Positions 17,115-26,531 of a stretch of DNA of 64,000 nucleotides are shown in pieces. The notes under the pieces are model-generated. The model was not told the DNA's origin and did not search any database. It worked only from the letters and a program-made list of their open reading frames with translations. Numbering within the stretch: the first letter of the stretch is position 1; each line of letters starts with the position of its first letter. Origin of the DNA: Candidatus Omnitrophota bacterium (lineage in GTDB: Bacteria > Omnitrophota > Gorgyraeia > Gygaellales > JAQTUX01). Where the stretch lies: positions 269,639-333,638 of the forward strand of contig JAQTUX010000001.1 in the NCBI GenBank assembly GCA_028707125.1. The letters are read 5' to 3'. The position numbers were made by a program, and so were the translations under genes.

Positions 17115-18169
17115 TGGAAAAGCTGAAGCCCGGGTTCTGCTGCCCCGGGATAACCGATGACTGCATGCTGCGCTGCCGGATGTGCGACAAATGGAAGGCG
17201 GACAAGAACACCTACGGCAGGCCGCGCCCCACGCTCGAAGAGTGGAAGAGGGCGGCCACGCAGCTCAGGGAGCTGGTGGACGAGGGATTTGAGATAGATA
17301 TTGGTGGAGGAGAAGCCCTGCTGGTGGACTGGCTCTGGAGTTTTGTGCGGCATTGCGCGGACAGCGGTTTCAGGGCGACCATAGCCAGCAACGGATACCT
17401 GGTTGACGAGGAGATGGCCAGGAAGATCGCCGGCTCCGGGCTTTCCAGCATCATCTTTTCTTTGGACAGCTTGGACCACCGGGTCCATGATTATTGGCGC
17501 GGCAGGCAGGGCGTCTATGACCGGGTGATGCGGGCTATTGAGAATGTGGCGCGCTTTGCCCCTGATGTGCACATAGGCATTTGCAGCATCATAATGGAAA
17601 ATACCCTGGCAGGAATGGTCAAGCTGGCTAAATGGGTAAACAAGGACCCGCGGCTTAAATCGGCCTATTATATGGTGCCGATGCAGCCCAACAATACTTA
17701 CTGGGGCAAGGATGGTTTTGATAAATACTGGTTTAAGTCAAAGGAATACGGATTCTATTGGCCGCAGAATACCGCTAAGGTATTAAAGGTCATAGATGAG
17801 CTTATCCGCAGGCGCCGGGCAGGAGAGTTGATCGGGAATACCGTTGTCCAGCTTGAGGCCTATAAGAATTATCTGGCGCATCCGGAGCGTTTCGTGAAAA
17901 CCGCCCCCTGTAATCTTGACCGCGCCCTGCACATCAGTTCTGTGGGAGATATATTTTTATGTTATAACTGGCCGTCCCTGGGCAACATCAGGAATAAGGA
18001 AGACGACCTGCGCGAGATCTGGTTCTCGGAAAAGGCCGAGGCAGCAAGAAAGAATATCAGGGAATGCAGGGAAAACTGTCATTTCCTGTTGAACTGTTTC
18101 TTTGAAGGGGATTACCCCTTTACCACGGTGGATGAACATAAGCAGGCGTCAATTTTAGAAAAGACATGA
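17114..18169 (+). CDS. SPASM/twitch-type radical-SAM paralog P1
   Basis: FCCPGITDDCMLRCRMCDKW (C-x7-CX3CX2C-xxW), GGGEAL, SNGYLVDEEMARKIAGSGL, SLDSLDHRVHDYWRG, PCNLDRALHISSVGDIFLC (C-x11-G-x4-C), SLGNIR, CRENCHFLLNCFFEGD. Confidence 0.85.
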   Translation: MEKLKPGFCCPGITDDCMLRCRMCDKWKADKNTYGRPRPTLEEWKRAATQLRELVDEGFEIDIGGGEALLVDWLWSFVRHCADSGFRATIASNGYLVDEEMARKIAGSGLSSIIFSLDSLDHRVHDYWRGRQGVYDRVMRAIENVARFAPDVHIGICSIIMENTLAGMVKLAKWVNKDPRLKSAYYMVPMQPNNTYWGKDGFDKYWFKSKEYGFYWPQNTAKVLKVIDELIRRRRAGELIGNTVVQLEAYKNYLAHPERFVKTAPCNLDRALHISSVGDIFLCYNWPSLGNIRNKEDDLREIWFSEKAEAARKNIRECRENCHFLLNCFFEGDYPFTTVDEHKQASILEKT

Positions 18170-19176
18170 TCGTGAAGCCGAAATTCTGCTGCGTGGCGGC
18201 TACGGATTACTGTATGCTGCGCTGTAAAATGTGCAATAAATGGCAGGAGAGGTCCCCCCGGCCCGACGAGGTCCCTTCCCTGGATGAGTGGAAGAACTTT
18301 ATCGCCGCTTTCAGGGAGCTGGTGGACGAGGGTTTTGAGATGGATTTCGGCGGCGGCGAGGCGTTGTCGCTGCCGGGCATCCTGGAACTTGTAAAATTCG
18401 CCAAGGGCAGGGGCTTCCGTACCACCCTTGCCTCCAATGGCTATCTTATAGATAAAGAGATGTCCAGAAGGATAGCCGACTCCGGCCTTGATGCGGTCAG
18501 CCTGTCTCTGGACAGCCCTTATCCTGAAGTCCACGATAAGATGCGCGGCGTAGAAGGTGTTTATCAGCGCGTAATGGCCGCGCTGGATAATCTCTCTTTA
18601 TATTCCCCTTCAACCAGAAAGGGCCTTTGCTGCATAATTATGAATGAAAATATGGACAGTTTGATACGGCTGGCTGATATGGCTGATAAAGACCCCCGCG
18701 TTGACTGGCTTTATTTTATGTCGGTGGTCCAGCCCAATTACAGCGGCCCGCTGGACAGCGCCTGGCGCGATGAATACAGCTATCTTTGGCCGCGGGATAC
18801 CAGGCGGCTGCAAGACATAATAGATGAGTTGATACGCAGGAAGGCTGACGGCTCAAAGGTGAGCAACCGGCCCGAGCACCTGCGCGCCTACAAGGCCTAT
18901 TTCGCCGACCCAAAGACGTTTGTGAACAAGGCGAAGTGTATCGTGGGCGGGGCGGCGATAAGTGTGAATACCTACGGCTTCATTCAGCTTTGTTTTTTCA
19001 TGGATTTTATCGGCAACATCAGGAAGGATGATATCCGCAAACTCTGGTATTCTCAGGGCGCGGAGTCGGTAAGAGGCAAGGTAGGCGCCTGCAAGGCCAA
19101 TTGCCATCTGCTTCTTAATTGCTGTTATATAGAAGACGATCCCGAGTTATATTCCGTAAATAATGAAAGCCGTTAG
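18166..19176 (+). CDS. SPASM/twitch-type radical-SAM paralog P2 (closest to P1)
   Basis: FCCVAATDYCMLRCKMCNKW, GGGEAL, SNGYLIDKEMSRRIADSGL, KCIVGGAAISVNTYGFIQLC, IGNIR, CKANCHLLLNCCYIEDD. Shares a ~35-nt near-identical stretch with P1 (agggagctggtggacgaggg.tttgagat.gat). Confidence 0.85.
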   Translation: MIVKPKFCCVAATDYCMLRCKMCNKWQERSPRPDEVPSLDEWKNFIAAFRELVDEGFEMDFGGGEALSLPGILELVKFAKGRGFRTTLASNGYLIDKEMSRRIADSGLDAVSLSLDSPYPEVHDKMRGVEGVYQRVMAALDNLSLYSPSTRKGLCCIIMNENMDSLIRLADMADKDPRVDWLYFMSVVQPNYSGPLDSAWRDEYSYLWPRDTRRLQDIIDELIRRKADGSKVSNRPEHLRAYKAYFADPKTFVNKAKCIVGGAAISVNTYGFIQLCFFMDFIGNIRKDDIRKLWYSQGAESVRGKVGACKANCHLLLNCCYIEDDPELYSVNNESR

Positions 19177-20449
19177 ATTCTGGCTTGTGTCGCTATTTGC
19201 CGCCGCCGTATTGCTGGAGGCGGTATTAAGGGTTTCCGGGTCCGCGTATGCCGGGGCTCATTGGTTGAGGCAGGGCCTGTCAAGAGGCAGCCAGGGCAGG
19301 CCTTTTACCGTACTTTGCCTTGGTGATTCTTTTACCTTCGGCGTAGGCGCCGCCGCCAAAGACAGCTATCCGGCGCAATTGCAGCGGATGCTGCAGGGCA
19401 ACGGAGAGAAAGGATTCCTGATAATTAACGGCGGACGGCTGGCGAATACTTCTTCTCTGCTCCTGGAAAATCTGCGCTCCGACCTGGATACTTACAGGCC
19501 GGACTTGCTGGTGATCATGGTCGGCTGTAATAATTATTGGAATCTCCGCGGCAGCAGCTATTTCCATCTCAAGGGCGAAGGCGCGGGATTCCGGCAGAAA
19601 CTGGACAGCGTAATGAGCAACCTGCGTTTCTACCAGGCATGTAAGATAGGTTATTTGAATCTGAAGTCAAGATTGAATAACCGGCGCAGGCAGCCGGATA
19701 TTGCCGGCGTCCCCGATATGAAGGCGCGGCGGATAGACCCTGACGCTGACCGGCTGGTGGTGGAAGCGCAGAAGCTATACGAAACAGGCGAGTACGCGCT
19801 TTCAAGAGAAAAGTTGGACGAGGCGCTGGCGAGGGACGAATTCAGCCACCGCGCCCATTTCTTGTCGGCCATGCTGCTGAATATAGAAGGCAATGATACG
19901 GCGGCAAGGGATGAGCTCTGGCGGTCTCTTCAGGCGGCCAGGGAAACCGGCGAATGGGACGGCGGTTTCTTTTGCAATATTATTAATATTTGTTTACGGA
20001 TTGAGAAAGACATCCCCGCGCAGCGAAGGCAGTTGTCAAAGATGAGGGAGTTCGCGGCGCTGCACGCGCCGCCCGATAAGAAACAGGATATCCTTTCGCT
20101 CTTGGACGCGAAGGCAGGGCTGTTGGATGATAATAGCGATATGTATGAGGTCGCGAGGTTTGATATCGGACGGGTCGCCGGCCTGGCAAGGCAGCGTGGC
20201 TGCGCGGTCATACTCCAGACATACCCGGCAAAAAGCGATCTGAATTCAATGTTAAGACGGGTGAGCAAAGAATACGGCCTTGTTCTGGCAGATAATGAAT
20301 TATTCTTTGAAGAGAGAGGCAGAGAAGGCCCGTTAGGGGATCTTTTCGTGGCTGACGGCCACTGTTCAGCTGCCGGGTATAATTTGATCGCCGCAAACGT
20401 CTACGCGGCATTAGCCGATAATGGCTATATCAAAAATGCGAAAAGATAA
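19163..20449 (+). CDS. Membrane-anchored SGNH/GDSL-like hydrolase or acyl-esterase with an inserted TPR-like helical region (SGNH-TPR 1)
   Basis: N-terminal anchor MKAVRFWLVSLFAAAVLL. Block I VLCLGDSFTFGVG, block II INGGRLANTS, block III LLVIMVGCNNYWN, block V FVADGHCSAAGYNLIA. A ~200-aa helical insert sits between blocks III and V. Confidence 0.7.
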   Translation: MKAVRFWLVSLFAAAVLLEAVLRVSGSAYAGAHWLRQGLSRGSQGRPFTVLCLGDSFTFGVGAAAKDSYPAQLQRMLQGNGEKGFLIINGGRLANTSSLLLENLRSDLDTYRPDLLVIMVGCNNYWNLRGSSYFHLKGEGAGFRQKLDSVMSNLRFYQACKIGYLNLKSRLNNRRRQPDIAGVPDMKARRIDPDADRLVVEAQKLYETGEYALSREKLDEALARDEFSHRAHFLSAMLLNIEGNDTAARDELWRSLQAARETGEWDGGFFCNIINICLRIEKDIPAQRRQLSKMREFAALHAPPDKKQDILSLLDAKAGLLDDNSDMYEVARFDIGRVAGLARQRGCAVILQTYPAKSDLNSMLRRVSKEYGLVLADNELFFEERGREGPLGDLFVADGHCSAAGYNLIAANVYAALADNGYIKNAKR

Positions 20450-21443
20450 TACCGCCTGCGTTCCACGTTATTGCTGCTGGGTGATAAATTACCGCTGTAT
20501 GCTCAGGTGCAAGATGTGCCATATCTGGAATACCGATTATGATCCGGCGCAGGAAACGACCATGGAGCAGAAGAAGCGGCTGGTGAGCTCGTTGAAGGGC
20601 GTGGTGGAGCCGGGTTTTGAATTTCATCTTTCAGGGGGCGAGCCCTTGATCAGCGAAGGCATACTGGAGCTGGTGGATTTTATCGCCGATCAGGGCTATA
20701 AGACAAACCTGGTTACCAACGCCTTCCTCATTGACGAGAGAATGGCGCGGGATATTGCCGCGTCTTCTCTGGGGACCCTGACCATTTCCCTGGACGGGAT
20801 AAAAGCCGAGACGCACGATTTTATCAGGGGCGTAAACGGCAGTTACGAGAGGATAATGAAGGCGATCGGATATGTTGATAAATTCAGGAAAGGCGATGCG
20901 CCGCGCATTTCTATCCTGACCACAATTATGGAGCGCAATATTGATGAGCTTTTGCGATTAGCGGATTGGGTGCAGAGCGACAGGCGGCTGGAGATGATCA
21001 GCTTTCAGGCCATAACCCAGCCGTTCTGCGAGGAGGCGGATCAGGCCTGGTTTACAAGGGAGAAAAACCGCGCGCTCTGGCCGCAGGACGCGGAAAAGAC
21101 AGCGGCCGTTATGGATAAATTGGAGCAGCTGAAGCGGCAGGGCCGCAAGATCGGCAACCACCCGGACCACTTCCGCCATTTCGGGGAATATTTCAGATCG
21201 CCCGATACGTTCTTGAAGAAGATAAAATGCAACCTCGGCGATTATGAGTTCCACATTGACCCATACGGCAAGGTCTTCTTCTGTTGCCTGGTTGAACCCA
21301 TCGGCAATATCAAGTCAGACGATACGGCGAATATCTGGTTTACTCCCAATACCGCCAGGATCAGGCAGGAGGTTTATAACTGCCGTCGTAATTGCCATAT
21401 CATGATCAACTGTTTCTATGAAGAAGAGAAATCCGCTGCTTGA
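20421..21443 (+). CDS. SPASM/twitch-type radical-SAM paralog P3
   Basis: YCCWVINYRCMLRCKMCHIW, SGGEPL, SLDGIKAETHDFIRG, KCNLGDYEFHIDPYGKVFFC, PIGNIK, CRRNCHIMINCFYEEE. Confidence 0.85.
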   Translation: MAISKMRKDNTACVPRYCCWVINYRCMLRCKMCHIWNTDYDPAQETTMEQKKRLVSSLKGVVEPGFEFHLSGGEPLISEGILELVDFIADQGYKTNLVTNAFLIDERMARDIAASSLGTLTISLDGIKAETHDFIRGVNGSYERIMKAIGYVDKFRKGDAPRISILTTIMERNIDELLRLADWVQSDRRLEMISFQAITQPFCEEADQAWFTREKNRALWPQDAEKTAAVMDKLEQLKRQGRKIGNHPDHFRHFGEYFRSPDTFLKKIKCNLGDYEFHIDPYGKVFFCCLVEPIGNIKSDDTANIWFTPNTARIRQEVYNCRRNCHIMINCFYEEEKSAA

Positions 21444-22488
21444 TTTATTATTTCCGGGAAAGATGAGGCCTGCTCCGGCATTCTGCCTTCTGGTCGTCTC
21501 CAAGGCATGCACGTTCAGATGCAAGATGTGCAATATGTGGAAGAGCGCTGGGCGCAAGATAGACAGGAAGGAGCTTACGCTTGATGAGATAAAGGGCTTT
21601 GTGGATGACCTGAGGAATGTCACCACCGAGCCGATATTTATCCACCTCATCGGAGGCGAGGCGTTGTTGAGGAAAGACCTGATGGAGATCATCGCCTACA
21701 TCAGGAAAAGGGGATTCAACGCCTCTATCACGACAAACGGATATTATATAGACGAGGAGATGGCCGGGAGGATCGTGGCCTCGGGCCTTACCGGCATATT
21801 CCTATCCCTGGACGGTTATAAGGAACAGACCCATGATTATCTCCGCGGAGTTGAAGGCAGCTACAAAAAGGTGATGGATGCCATAGAGCTGCTGGACCGG
21901 TATCGCGGGACCGATAAGTCCAACCGGCTGAGTATAGGGATCACCACGACGTTGATGAATAGAAATCTGGATGAGGCGCTTGATCTGGAGCGATGGGCAA
22001 ACGCCAACGACAAGATAAACGATTTTTTCATCAACGCCTGCCTGCAGCCGTTTGACTGCGACGGCTATGAGCGCGACTGGTATAAGAACAGCAAGAACAG
22101 CGATGTCTGGCCGCAGGATATAGCTAATGCCTGCGATGTCCTGGAAGAGTTGGCGCTGCTTAAGGAAAAAGGGCATAAGATCTGCAACCCCCCTGAACAG
22201 CTGCGCCTGGTAAAGGAGTACTTCCGCAATCCCTACAGGTTCATTCACGACAGCCGGCTGAAATGCCCGAGGGGAGACCTGGCGCCGGAGATAAACGCCT
22301 ACGGAGACATAAATATGTGTTTTTATATGGAGCCGCTCGCCAACATCAGGGACAGGAAATTTTCCGAGGTCTGGTCTTCCCGGATGATGGATAAGGCCAG
22401 AGAAGAGATCAACAGCTGCAAAAAGGACTGCGATATCGTAGTCAACTGTTTCTACAAAATAGAGAATATAGCCGATAGCCGTGCTTAA
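21418..22488 (+). CDS. SPASM/twitch-type radical-SAM paralog P4
   Basis: FCLLVVSKACTFRCKMCNMW, IGGEAL, SLDGYKEQTHDYLRG, KCPRGDLAPEINAYGDINMC, PLANIR, CKKDCDIVVNCFYK. Confidence 0.85.
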   Translation: MKKRNPLLDLLFPGKMRPAPAFCLLVVSKACTFRCKMCNMWKSAGRKIDRKELTLDEIKGFVDDLRNVTTEPIFIHLIGGEALLRKDLMEIIAYIRKRGFNASITTNGYYIDEEMAGRIVASGLTGIFLSLDGYKEQTHDYLRGVEGSYKKVMDAIELLDRYRGTDKSNRLSIGITTTLMNRNLDEALDLERWANANDKINDFFINACLQPFDCDGYERDWYKNSKNSDVWPQDIANACDVLEELALLKEKGHKICNPPEQLRLVKEYFRNPYRFIHDSRLKCPRGDLAPEINAYGDINMCFYMEPLANIRDRKFSEVWSSRMMDKAREEINSCKKDCDIVVNCFYKIENIADSRA

Positions 22489-23479
22489 TAAGAAAGAGAA
22501 AATAGCCGCGCCAAGGACCTGCCTTCTGACGGTCACCAACCAATGCTGCCTGCGCTGCCGTATGTGCCGGCTTTGGAAGCTGGATACCATAAAAGACGAA
22601 GTAAACATTGAGGATTGCCGAAAATTCGTTGATGCGCTAGGCGGCTTCGGCCCGGGCCCCATGGAGGTGCACCTTATCGGCGGAGAGGCGCTGACCAAAA
22701 ATGGCATATTTGATCTTATCCGGCATATCAGCGCCAAAGGGTGGCGCACTGTAATGACCTCTTCAGGATATACCATAGACGAGCCGACAGCGCGGGCGCT
22801 GGTTGAGGCGGGCTTAAGCATGTTGAACTTGTCGCTGGAGAGTATGGATCCTTCGGTCCACGACCACTTAAGGGGGCAGGGCGGTTGTTTCAGCCGCCTT
22901 ATGGAGGCGATCCGGCATCTGGGCAGGCATAAGAATGATTCTTTTAAGCTGGGCATTAATTCCGTTATTTCCGCGGCCAATCTGGAAGATATCGCTGAGT
23001 TAGCAGAGTGGGTGCAGGGTAACGACATCCTGGATTCCATTTATTTTATGGCGGTTATGCGGCCTTTCGGCTCAGGGGCGGATTGGGATTGGTTTAAGCA
23101 GGAGGAATACCGCCATTTGTGGCCTTCAGACCCGGCAGGCGCAGGTCGCGTTCTGGACCGGCTTATCCGTTTAAAGGAAGGCGGCTCCTCTAAAATAGAA
23201 AATCCCGCCGGACAGCTGGAGTCGTTTAAGTCATATTTCCGCGACCCGTCCCATTTTATAAGATCCAACCGCTGCAATGTTTCGGAACAGGCGGTTAACG
23301 TCAACGCAGTAGGCGATATGTATATCTGTTTCTTCATGGAAAAACTCGGCAATATCAGGACCGACAACGTCGTTGAACTCTGGTATTCGGAAAAGGCCGA
23401 TGAGATACGCAGAAAGATGCGCGCCTGCAGGAGCAACTGCGAGCTGGTAGTGAACTGCTATTATGAAAATGAGCGTTAA
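22481..23479 (+). CDS. SPASM/twitch-type radical-SAM paralog P5 (GTG start)
   Basis: TCLLTVTNQCCLRCRMCRLW, IGGEAL, SLESMDPSVHDHLRG, RCNVSEQAVNVNAVGDMYIC, KLGNIR, CRSNCELVVNCYYENE. Confidence 0.85.
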   Translation: MLNKKEKIAAPRTCLLTVTNQCCLRCRMCRLWKLDTIKDEVNIEDCRKFVDALGGFGPGPMEVHLIGGEALTKNGIFDLIRHISAKGWRTVMTSSGYTIDEPTARALVEAGLSMLNLSLESMDPSVHDHLRGQGGCFSRLMEAIRHLGRHKNDSFKLGINSVISAANLEDIAELAEWVQGNDILDSIYFMAVMRPFGSGADWDWFKQEEYRHLWPSDPAGAGRVLDRLIRLKEGGSSKIENPAGQLESFKSYFRDPSHFIRSNRCNVSEQAVNVNAVGDMYICFFMEKLGNIRTDNVVELWYSEKADEIRRKMRACRSNCELVVNCYYENER

Positions 23480-24455
23480 AAAACCGGATTCCTGCTCCAT
23501 AGTCCTTCTTACAAATTGTCTCCTGAAGTGCAGGATGTGCCGGATGTGGAAGTCAACTGATGATCCGATGCGGGTCTCCACACAGCAGTGGAAGGCGTTT
23601 ATAAGTTCGCTTGACGGCCTGCTGGGAGGCCCGCGGGAACTTGTTTTCAGCGGAGGCGAGCCGCTGCTCAGGAAGGACATCCTGGAACTGATCAGGTTCG
23701 GGACGGACAAGGGCTTTAAGACGCTTATGCCTTCCAACGGCTATCTTATAGACGGGGATATGGCAAGGCGCATAGCCGATTCCGGCCTGAAAGAGATATT
23801 TATCTCGCTGGACAGCGTTGATCATGAAACGCACGACTTTTTAAGGGGCGTTGACGGCGCGCACAAAAGGGCGATGTCGGCATTTGACAATCTGCGCAAG
23901 CACTGCCCCGGCCTGAAAATAGGGATAATAACGGTGATATCGGGGCGCAATTATGCCGAAGTTGCCGGGGTGGCCAGATGGGTAAAGGATACCGGTTTTA
24001 TAAGCGGCGTATATTTTCAGGCCGTCGCAAAGCCGTTTTTTGCCACGTTAGGCGATGATTGGTACAGGCAGGAGCCCTACGCGTTACTCTGGCCCGGGGA
24101 TACCGCGAAGATGCTTTCCGCCATCGACGAGCTTATAGCGATGAGAAAATCGGGTTTTCCCATCCATAATTTCCCGCTTCAGCTGGAGATATTCAAGGCG
24201 TATTTTCAGGACCCGCAGAAACGCGCCAGAAGGTCAAGGTGTTATGCCGGCGACTATGTGGTCAATCTTAATCCCGCGGGAGACATATCTCTGTGCTGCT
24301 TTATGGAGCCGTTGGGCAATATAAGCAGCGACGACATCGGAGAGTTATGGTTTTCCCAAAAGGCGCAGGGTATGAGGCAGAGGATGCGTGAATGCGATGT
24401 CAATTGCAATAACATGGTAAATTGTTTCTTTAAAGAAGACGAGGAGGCCGGATGA
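23463..24455 (+). CDS. SPASM/twitch-type radical-SAM paralog P6
   Basis: SCSIVLLTNCLLKCRMCRMW, SGGEPL, SLDSVDHETHDFLRG, RCYAGDYVVNLNPAGDISLC, PLGNIS, CDVNCNNMVNCFFKEDEE. Confidence 0.85.
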   Translation: MKMSVKKPDSCSIVLLTNCLLKCRMCRMWKSTDDPMRVSTQQWKAFISSLDGLLGGPRELVFSGGEPLLRKDILELIRFGTDKGFKTLMPSNGYLIDGDMARRIADSGLKEIFISLDSVDHETHDFLRGVDGAHKRAMSAFDNLRKHCPGLKIGIITVISGRNYAEVAGVARWVKDTGFISGVYFQAVAKPFFATLGDDWYRQEPYALLWPGDTAKMLSAIDELIAMRKSGFPIHNFPLQLEIFKAYFQDPQKRARRSRCYAGDYVVNLNPAGDISLCCFMEPLGNISSDDIGELWFSQKAQGMRQRMRECDVNCNNMVNCFFKEDEEAG

Positions 24456-25522
24456 AGCCGGGCAGCAGGGATTCTTTTTTCAGCCGGCTTAAGGAGCGGA
24501 TAGAAAAGACCGGCTCAGGAACGGGCAAGCCGTTTTTCTGCGACTTATTGATCTCGGAAAAATGCAATTCCCGCTGCAGGACATGTTATTTCTGGAAGAA
24601 TGGCATAGAGGAGCGTTTGACGCTTGAGGAATGCAAGGGCTTTATCAGCGGCTTGAGCGGCCTGGCGGCGGCGCCTTTTGAGATAAACCTGGGAGGCGGC
24701 GAACCGCTGTTGAATGAAGGCATTCTGGAGCTGGTTAAGCATTGCCGCCGGCTTGGTTTGCAGCCGACAATATCCACTAACGCGATGTTGATAGACGGAG
24801 ATATGGCCAGAAGGTTGTCGGAGAGCGGGCTGCACAGATTAAGCCTGTCCTTAAAGGGATTTAGTGAAAAGACGCACGATTTTCTCACTGGCGTAGACGG
24901 CTCATACCGTAAGTTTATGGCCGCGCTTGAACACCTGAGGCGGTATTGGCGGGGCAAGGATCTAAATATCCATACAATTATATTGGAACAGAATCTTGAT
25001 GAAATAATCGGGCTTACGGAATGGGTAAATAAAGACGATCTTTTTACCGGCATAGCTTTCCAGGCGCTTTCCCAGCCCTTCCGCACTGATCAGGTTGATA
25101 ACTGGCATACAGGCGGTGAATACAGCTATCTCTGGCCCGGGGACAGCCATAAAGTCAATTCCGTGTTAGACGCGTTAGTAGAATTTAAGTCGTCGGGTTA
25201 CCGCATCCTGAACCCGCTGCCTCAACTGCTGATCTATAAGAGGTATTATCAGGATCCCGGGGCATTCGCCCGGGTGCACCGTTGTAATTCCGGTGATTAT
25301 ATTTTTAATGTCAACGTGCTGGGGCTGGTGCATCTTTGCTGCTTTATGCAGCCCATCGGAAATATAAATAAGAGCGATATTAAGGCGATATGGCATTCCA
25401 GAGAGGCGGCCTCAACAAGAGAGGCGATGCATAACTGCCAGAAGAGCTGTAACAACATCTTGAACTGTTATTTTCAGGAAGAAGGCGATGAAGGCGCGGG
25501 AAGCGACGCTGAAAAGCTGTGA
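24452..25522 (+). CDS. SPASM/twitch-type radical-SAM paralog P7
   Basis: FCDLLISEKCNSRCRTCYFW, GGGEPL, SLKGFSEKTHDFLTG, RCNSGDYIFNVNVLGLVHLC, PIGNIN, CQKSCNNILNCYFQEEGDE. Confidence 0.85.
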   Translation: MKPGSRDSFFSRLKERIEKTGSGTGKPFFCDLLISEKCNSRCRTCYFWKNGIEERLTLEECKGFISGLSGLAAAPFEINLGGGEPLLNEGILELVKHCRRLGLQPTISTNAMLIDGDMARRLSESGLHRLSLSLKGFSEKTHDFLTGVDGSYRKFMAALEHLRRYWRGKDLNIHTIILEQNLDEIIGLTEWVNKDDLFTGIAFQALSQPFRTDQVDNWHTGGEYSYLWPGDSHKVNSVLDALVEFKSSGYRILNPLPQLLIYKRYYQDPGAFARVHRCNSGDYIFNVNVLGLVHLCCFMQPIGNINKSDIKAIWHSREAASTREAMHNCQKSCNNILNCYFQEEGDEGAGSDAEKL

Positions 25523-26531
25523 TCTGATACTTACGCATTGCTGCAACTTGCGGTGCAAGATGTGCTATTTATGGGACCGCCGTGAGTACGGCAATAAAGA
25601 AGGGCAGTTGGGCTTAGAAGAGTGGAAACGTTTCATCGATGCCCTTGTCCCCTTTTCCGGAAAGGAGCCGATACGCCTGCATTTCGGGGGCGGTGAGCCA
25701 TTTTTGAAAAAAGGTATTTTAGGCCTTGTAAAACACAGCAGCCGGAGGGGATTTACCACGATGACCACCTCCAACGGGTTCCTGCTTGATAAGGGAATGG
25801 CGCGTAAAATAGCCGATTCGGGGTTGTCGCATATAACCCTGTCTTTAGACAGCATGGATGAGCGGGTCCATGACTATATACGCGGGACCAGGGGCAGCCA
25901 TTCCAGGGTCTTGAGGGCGATCGATGTGCTTAGCAGGCAACGCGGGCGCCCGACTATCGGGATAAATTGCATAATTTCGGACATAACACTGGATAGCGTC
26001 ATCCCTATGGCGGAATGGGCCATCAATGACGACAGGATTTCCGGCATTATATTCCAGGCGGTTGTCCAGCCGTATGAGACGGCGCCCGATGAGGCCTGGT
26101 ATGAACAGGAGAGGTTCGGGGAGCTTTGGCCTCGTGACGGCGGGAAGGTCGGCTCTGTGCTTGAAAAGCTTATCGCTTTAAAGATCCGGGCGCGCGCGGA
26201 TAGAGGCATAGGCGGGGGCGACGGCGATAAGATAAGCAATCCCGTATCCCAGATATCCGCTTTCGCAGAGTATTTCCGCCATCCACGGGAGTTTATACAC
26301 AACAGGCCCTGTCCGCTGGATAGTTCTTCGCTGCTTGTGAATTGGTCCGGGGAGCTGCATTTATGCGGAATGCTGCAGCCGGTGGGCAACGTCAGGCGCC
26401 TTGACCTGAAAGATATTTTGTTCTCAGGGGCGGCCTCGGAAAGGCGGGAGGAGATAAGGTCATGCCGCAGGGGCTGCAATAATAAGGTCAATTGTTTTTT
26501 TAAAGAGGCCGTTGCCGATGATGGAAATTAA
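25488..26531 (+). CDS. SPASM/twitch-type radical-SAM paralog P8
   Basis: SCDLILTHCCNLRCKMCYLW, GGGEPF, SLDSMDERVHDYIRG, PCPLDSSSLLVNWSGELHLC, PVGNVR, CRRGCNNKVNCFFKE. Confidence 0.85.
   Translation: MKAREATLKSCDLILTHCCNLRCKMCYLWDRREYGNKEGQLGLEEWKRFIDALVPFSGKEPIRLHFGGGEPFLKKGILGLVKHSSRRGFTTMTTSNGFLLDKGMARKIADSGLSHITLSLDSMDERVHDYIRGTRGSHSRVLRAIDVLSRQRGRPTIGINCIISDITLDSVIPMAEWAINDDRISGIIFQAVVQPYETAPDEAWYEQERFGELWPRDGGKVGSVLEKLIALKIRARADRGIGGGDGDKISNPVSQISAFAEYFRHPREFIHNRPCPLDSSSLLVNWSGELHLCGMLQPVGNVRRLDLKDILFSGAASERREEIRSCRRGCNNKVNCFFKEAVADDGN

Noticed and set aside
21802-23040. 412-aa ORF on the minus strand, the longest antisense ORF in the track
   Set aside because: It lies entirely antisense to paralogs P4/P5, which carry complete rSAM motifs. 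Its sequence is low-complexity (S/R/P-rich) with no recognisable motif. It is a typical shadow ORF of a moderately GC-rich coding region.
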